A stretch of 64,000 nt of DNA, taken from the NCBI GenBank assembly GCA_964035575.1, contig OZ037846.1, positions 620,001 through 684,000 of the forward strand. The letters run 5' to 3'. Of the stretch, positions 57,908 to 64,000 are shown in pieces. A model generated the notes under the pieces. The model searched no databases. It had not been told where the DNA came from and was given only the letters and a program-made list of their open reading frames with translations. The position numbers were made by a program, and so were the translations under genes. Every line of letters begins with the position of its first letter. The first letter of the stretch is position 1. Source of the stretch: Rhynchopus sp. YZ270_cl-10 (taxonomy: Eukaryota).

Positions 57908-59302
57908 GGTGGTCACGTACAATTCCTGTAGGGAGAGTGAAAATAAGAATATAATAACTTCACTGGCGTGAAAATAATATTCAGGCTATTCAAACAGGGA
58001 GCGTGAAGTAATTCTAACAAAATCACTTTTTCCTTTCACGCGAGTGTAACTTCACGGAAGTGTGAGGAATGTCGACGGTTCCGTGACATAATATTCATAA
58101 ATTCATAGTGAAATAATATCATGTAACTCCACTTACCCATACAGTATCATATTTTCCGTAAAGACACACTTCAAAACACAATGCCGAAGTTGCCAAAAGA
58201 GGCGACCTGCTGCCCAGCAAATCTGCGGACTCGTACGAGAAGGCTTGGGAGGACCTGCAGGAGGCGCTCGGGACGCGCAAGCCGAGCGAGATCAGGTTGA
58301 TCAAGTACTTCAAGTCTGAGTATGACCGTGGACTCTGTGCTGCCTCGCTCTGGGTGTTATTTAGTAAAGTGAACACGCACTTCCAGATTCTGTATGGCGA
58401 GAGGCTGCAAGAAACAGCTCCAAACTTGAAGCGCTACCTGAACAAGCTCAAATCCGAGGGAGACGCACCGCGTAAGGCACTTCCATTCACTGTGGACCAA
58501 ATGCGTTCGTTCTGCACGGCGGAGTGCACTTCTGGCTACATGTTGGTCAGGGTCACTTGCGCGACCCTCATGTTCTTCGGGGGGATGCGCAGCAAGGAGG
58601 CTAAGGACTTGAAGATGAACAGCGTCACCGTCCTCCCCGATGGAGCCATCTGCGTCAACTACGAGCACGCTAAGCAACGCGACCCCTCCAAGCGCAGCGC
58701 CCAGTTCCTCATCCCGAGAACATGGGGTTCAAACGTCATCACGTACATCAACCGCACCGCCGCGCACCCGCGTGAGTCGCAGTTCTTGCTGACCGGGGAC
58801 CTCCACAAGTTTGTGATCACCTCCAAGGTTCTGGGGATCAACCAAGTCTACCAAGCCCCCAAGTACATGGCCACGTGGTTAGGACTGCCCAACCCAGACA
58901 AATACACGGGTCACGCTTGGCGCAGAAGCGCGGCCCAAGCTTTGGCGGACGGTGGGGACACCTCGAGCCACATCGTCCGTCACATGGGGTGGACGGGGCC
59001 GCAAATGCTGAACGCATATACCGCGGTTTCGACCCAGAGTCAGCTCACCTCTGCAGGGATCCTCTCAGGAAACTTGACCAACACCTCCCCCACGCAGGAT
59101 GAGTAAAAAAAATGATGCGGAATCTTAATATAAAACAAGCGAGACAGATCATACATGTAAAAAACGAAACCTCACCACCAAATTTTTCAGTCCTCCCCTC
59201 TCCCCTCTCCCTCCTCCACTCCAAAAACTACACTACAGGAACACACATTCGTACATACCTTCGCATTTTGACACTCCCTACAGGAATTGTACTTAGACCA
59301 CC
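57908..59302 (+). mobile_element. Compact tyrosine-recombinase DNA transposon (Crypton-like), ~1.4 kb
   Basis: 37-38 bp imperfect inverted repeats (57908-57944 / 59265-59302) with a perfect 19-bp core gtacaattcctgtagggag / ctccctacaggaattgtac, enclosing a single recombinase ORF. Confidence 0.82.
58181..59106 (+). CDS. Tyrosine recombinase (phage integrase fold); ATG at 58181 is out of frame by 1 nt near 58195-58198
   Basis: Catalytic set R (GGMRSKE), K (HAKQ), HxxR (YTGHAWRR), H/W (RHMGW), Y (LNAY). Open frame extends upstream of 58297 as RGDLLPSKSADSYEKAW. Confidence 0.9.
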
Positions 59303-59514
59303 ACGCTGAGATTTCCTTAAGAAACCATTGAATCTCATATTTCAGAATAATAGTACATTAGAGTGTTTTTGGACACACATGTGACCCCACCGTGGAGAGC
59401 AATCGGCTCGTGCAATCAAAAGAAAGTGGAGAAAATGTACAAGGATAAAAAAAAAGTTGGGTACCGTGCGCCCGCGGCGCTGCCTGTTCCCTTCTAGTTT
59501 CTCCAGGCAAACAC

Positions 59515-59790
59515 TTGCCCCCTTTACCTTACACTGACGGGTTTTGGCCAAAACCAAGAACTTGTCCATTTCGGCAAATTGACCCCACCACAGAACGGAC
59601 GGATTCCGGAAATGTAAATGCCGGTGTTTTCGCGCATTTTTATGTTTCAAGACGTCAGGATCAGGGAGAAAAAATCTGGTTGTGGGATTTACCTGGGCCC
59701 TCCTTACCATACGTGGATTTTGACCAAAACCAAGAATTTGGCCATTTCGGCAAAGTGACCCCACCACAGCGCGGACGGATTCCGGAAATT
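59515..59790. repeat. Local direct repeat, ~100-bp units
   Basis: ttttgRccaaaaccaagaa...catttcggcaaa.tgaccccaccacag..cggacggattccggaaat at ~59540-59612 and ~59717-59789. Confidence 0.8.
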
Positions 59791-60221
59791 CCAATCGCGG
59801 TATGTTTTGGGGCTTAAAACCCATTTTGTCGTTCGGAAAAAATTGCTTCCAAATGTCGGAATTTTCCGAATTTTCCTGAAAATGACCCTTGTTTACGAGT
59901 ATGGGTTCATATTTTGTGAAAATTTATGTCACTAAAATTTTGTCCATTTTTCCGTATATACCCCACCACAAGCTGGGATTGGCTCGGAAATGCAACAAAA
60001 CTCCCTCTTGGGCGGAAAAAAACTACAGGAAAATGCCGCACTTTTTTTTGCCCTTCTTTTCGAAATTTCGGCAAAAACGCCCCAGAGTTAGGAAATAGCC
60101 TGCGTGCGCCTGCGGCGCCACTTGTTCCCTACCCCCCATGATGTACTTATGTATATTCCACCTGATTTTGACCATGTTTGCCGGTGTTTTCCGGTGTTGG
60201 CCGGTGAAGTCACGGCAATGG

Positions 60222-60500
60222 GTACTGTGTACTGTGTACTGTGTACTGTGTACTGTGTACTGTGTACTGTGTACTGTGTACTGTGTACTGTGTACTGTGT
60301 ACTGTGTACTGTGTACTGTGTACTGTGTACTGTGTACTGTGTACTGTGTACTGTGTACTGTGTACTGTGTACTGTGTACTGTGTACTGTGTACTGTGTAC
60401 TGTGTACTGTGTACTGTGTACTGTGTACTGTGTACTGTGTACTGTGTACTGTGTACTGTGTACTGTGTACTGTGTACTGTGTACTGTGTACTGTGTACTG
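60222..60500 (+). repeat. (GTACTGT)n microsatellite, ~40 units
   Basis: Directly visible. Followed by a short inverted (ACAGTAC)n array at 60590-60631. Confidence 0.97.
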
Positions 60501-61859
60501 GGTGTCCGAAAGACCTGAAAATGACCCTTGTTTACGAGTATGGGTTCATATTTTGTGAAAATTTGTGAAAATTTGTGTACAGTGTGTACACACAGTACAC
60601 AGTACACAGTACACAGTACACAGTACACAGTGTTCAACTTTTACAAGGCGGGGAAAATTTTTTTGGGGGCTGATTCGCACTTTTCCGCACTTTTTCCTTC
60701 CCCCCTTTCAGCCACACCAAAGGTGGCCTAAATTTCGTTGATCATCCCCAATGAAACACCAACCAACCAAAACCGAGCTTTTATTTTCGAAAATTCCCGT
60801 TACGCACTCTCTCGTCCTGGGATGGACGTTAAATTGCATCGGGAGCCTTTTGTTGTACCCCCCCTGAAACTCCATGAAGGTCTACCTGAGGGTAAAAGGT
60901 GCTGGGGAATGCTACCCAGGGTGAAGGCAGGCACACAACATGTGTGGAGGAACCTGCCGGAGCCCTAGCCAGTGAAGCCATGAGACCCCCTTAGGAAACT
61001 GGGGTACGGATTGGAAGAGACCTCGCCGGTAGCCGGGCACCCTCCCTGGGATAGCACAATGATGAAACTTCAATCTTAAGTCCACACCCACGTGGCGGCC
61101 GCTTCGGCATGCGTCTGTAAGGACAGCCTTGACTGATACTTTCTGTATTACACACGATGCCTTCAGGCACGTAGCTACCAACATGAGTACAAAGAAAATC
61201 ACTTTTTCCCGTAAAAACGGCTTCGAAAAATATATCACGCTTTCTTTAGGAATGTAACGCTTTCAAAAATGGATCGGGAGCGCAGTGTTTTCTTCTAAGG
61301 TGTCGAAAGCCACCCCACTTCCCCTCCGGGTGGGGTACGGCAGTGGAAATATGTGGTTTTCGAAAACTTTTTGGCGTCTAGATCTACTCCCGAATGTGTA
61401 TTTGAGTGTGTGAGACAGACGAAGGGGCAGTTTATACCTCATTTTTTTTAGGCCTTTTTCGGCACCACAAGGCCCAAAGTTGCCTCCAAAACGTCCACAC
61501 AGAAGGCACCAATACCTCGGGGGATGAGCATACATACCGGGTTGAAAAATCATATTTACAACCATTTTCTAGTCAATTTCGGTGCCGGGAGGTCGAAATA
61601 GGAAGCGTTTGAATGGAGAAAGTGACACTTTCTCCTCCCATCCAAAATGTGGGTTTATTTGGGACTTATTATACCTGTGTGTGCCCATACACGAGATGGT
61701 CTGAAGTGACCACCACAGATTACATGCTGTTTTACGGGTTTTTCTATGCACTTATGTGTGCTGGGAAGCATACCATCAGTATTATAATTTTACAAGGCAA
61801 GAATGACCAAAAGCAAAGAAATTTTTAAGGTGTACCTCCGCGAACGAAGCGAGCGGAAT

Positions 61860-62940
61860 TTGCCGGGCGAGTTAAAACAACTCGGCAACTCGCCCAAATT
61901 CGCCCAACAACTCGCCCATTTTTTTTTTTTTTTTGGGCGAGTTGTTTTTTTTGGGGGTTTTTTATGGCTACAAAAACACAGGTACACAGGTACACAGGTA
62001 CACAGGTACACAGGTACACAGGTACACAGGTACACAGGTACACAGGTACACAGGTACACAGGTACACAGGTACACAGGTACACAGGTACACAGGTACACA
62101 GGTACACAGGTACACAGGTACACAGGTACACAGGTACACAGGTACACAGGTACACAGGTACACAGGTACACAGGTACACAGGTACACAGGTACACAGGTA
62201 CACAGGTACACAGGTACACAGGTACACAGGTACACAGGTACACAGGTACACAGGTACACAGGTACACAGGTACACAGGTACACAGGTACACAGGTACACA
62301 GGTACACAGGTACACCACATCACGTTTTATCTTGTGCATCCCAGCTTGAACGACTCTTTGCCGCTTCACAGCTGGTCTGTGAATGTGCGCTTTGTGTGGT
62401 TTTGTGTATCCCAAAGGAAGTCGTCGCCCAAAGCATTTTGACTGAACGTGTGAACGTTGTGAACCTGGAATCGATAGCAGACAGGAAAAGAGGATGAGCA
62501 GGCAGCGCCTGCCCGACCTGTGTGAAGTGAATCAGTGATTGCCTGACAGATGTCTGGGGAACCGTGTGTTCTGTGTGGGCATCCATGTACGGAGTATCCC
62601 ATTCCCCCCAGCAATTACCAAAAACCGTGAGTGTGCACGGTGGCCCATGGACCACCACGACCTAGTTACCACATATGACTAGTCATATGACAAGGTGCAT
62701 GTAATGAGTGGCGTTTGGCCTTAGCCCTGGTTGTTTTTCTTGAGATCATGTGTTGTACCAACGTTACATGTGTGTAACCTTACAACGTCCCCTCCCATCC
62801 CTGTATGTTTTTGCCTGTAAAAATGGGCGAGTTGTGGCCGAGTTGTGGCGATATAGGGCGAGTTGTGCGAGTTTTGGGCGAGTTGTTAGGTGAAATCGTA
62901 AAGTTCGGAACAACTCGCCCAAAAACGACTCGACCGGCAC
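61860..62940. mobile_element. TIR element with aactcgccc subterminal repeats
   Basis: tgccgggcgagtt ... gactcgaccggca ends. Clustered caactcgccc / gggcgagttg repeats at both ends. TSD not resolved. Confidence 0.6.
61976..62315 (+). repeat. (GGTACACA)n microsatellite, ~42 units
   Basis: Directly visible perfect octamer array. Confidence 0.97.
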
Positions 62941-62947
62941 CTATGCC

Positions 62948-63201
62948 TAGGCATACCCCGAAGGCAAATTCGTATTCGCCCTATATTCGGATCCCAAAAT
63001 TCCAGGAATTTTGGAATCCGAAAATAGGGCGAATACGAATTCGCCTTCGGGGTATGTCTTAATGGTGGCAGTATTGTGATGGGAGCCCATTGGAATACGC
63101 AAAATACATCAAAATATATCACAATACACGTGATGTATTTTGATGTATTTTGCGTATTCCAATGGGCTCCCATCACAATACTGCCACCATTAGTATGCCT
63201 A
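62948..63201. mobile_element. Palindromic MITE TAGGCATACCCCGAAGGC family, interrupted in its right TIR
   Basis: taggcataccccgaaggc ... gccttcggggtatg(t/c)cta. Homologous to 9068-9345. Confidence 0.75.
63060..63192. mobile_element. Palindromic MITE TAATGGTGGC family, copy 2, 8-bp TSD
   Basis: Flanks gtatgtct (63052-63059) / gtatgcct (63193-63200). Confidence 0.87.
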
Positions 63202-63387
63202 GGGGGACCCTATGGATTTTGGATTTTGGATTTTGGCCTGACAACTTTAGAGCATAAATTTGAAGAACAGGACTAGTGAGTTTGGGACCAAAATTTCCAT
63301 TAAACATAGAATGCAAGCAATATCAAATATTGCCTGTTCTTGCTTTCGATCTTGCCTTTTAGCAAGGCAAGAAAAGGCAAGAAAACC

Positions 63388-63483
63388 CACCTGATTTTTA
63401 CCCCGCGTATAGGCGCGTAAAGGCTGGGGAAAATGGGTGGGGTTTGGCCTATACGGGCCTATACGCGGGGTAAAAATCAGGTG
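63388..63483. mobile_element. 96-bp hairpin MITE with CAC...GTG ends
   Basis: cacctgatttttaccccgcgtatagg / cctatacgcggggtaaaaatcaggtg, a perfect 26-bp inverted repeat. Confidence 0.7.
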
Positions 63484-64000
63484 AAAAAGCAAGAAAAAGC
63501 AAAAAAAAAAAAGGGGGGGGGGCAAAGAAAAAGGCAAGAATGGGGAGGTGCAGGGTAATGATACAGGGGTTTCCGGTAAGCTTCTAACCAACAGGGACGA
63601 ATCCATAGCTTAATGACCCTTGTTTGCCTAATGTACACCTAACAGACTGAAGGTATTAAGGTGTGCAAGCTTACATAATGGTAGTCAACGGGGCAGGTGG
63701 CCCGGTGGACTGACCACCAAAAGGACAACATGCGCAAAGTGCAAGAGCCCAAAAATGTCCTGTGAGTCCATTCCGACCTGTTTTGGACACTTTAGGCACT
63801 TGTTTTGGTGTTTTTTTGGTGTTTTGAGGTCAAAAAAGATCCCCTGACTATCCCCTGGCAGCCCTGGGCCGCGACTTGCGCCCTGCTTTTAGACCCACTC
63901 TGGGCCAAAAAATGGGCGAAAACCTCCGAAAAAGCACTCTGGGAGCCCAGATAGTTCCAAATTTCCACCGCACACCCTCAAAAACACCTCAAAAACATGT

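Noticed and set aside
60738..61238. Possible transposase remnant downstream of the recombinase element
   Set aside because: No motif I can recognise; outside the inverted repeats.
60023..62497. ORFs with VHSTQYT / HRYTGTQV repeats
   Set aside because: Translations of stop-free microsatellites.
1..64000. Spliced-leader RNA gene, tRNA genes, telomeric TTAGGG arrays
   Set aside because: Looked for by eye and not found; a tRNAscan/Infernal run would be needed to exclude them.

Overview
Eukaryotic, repeat-rich 64 kb window. It most resembles a euglenozoan protist, probably a diplonemid. That is an inference from the one-strand gene cluster, mostly intronless GC-rich CDSs, a trypanosomatid-type adenylate cyclase and an amastin-like protein. 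All 13 host genes I can support are on the minus strand: a mucin-like Cys-repeat surface protein, a 3-exon centrin-like EF-hand protein (not in the ORF track as one gene), three tandem ubiquitin-like(Ubl)-kinesin paralogs with degenerate ATPase motifs, a membrane adenylate cyclase, a ~1610-aa secreted beta-rich protein, a Ubl-LRR (BspA-like) protein, an amastin/claudin-like protein, a hybrid cluster protein (HCP), a kinase with TPR-like repeats and two CCCH zinc-finger proteins. The only credible plus-strand CDS is a tyrosine recombinase inside a ~1.4 kb element bounded by inverted repeats (Crypton-like). Intergenic DNA holds nested MITEs (TA, 5-bp and 8-bp TSD types), related 7/8-mer microsatellites and two LSU rRNA fragments. 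It also holds several families of short hairpin elements that all face the same way as the genes, several of them directly before polypyrimidine/AG tracts upstream of start codons. Protein family assignments come from motif recognition by eye; no database searches were run.
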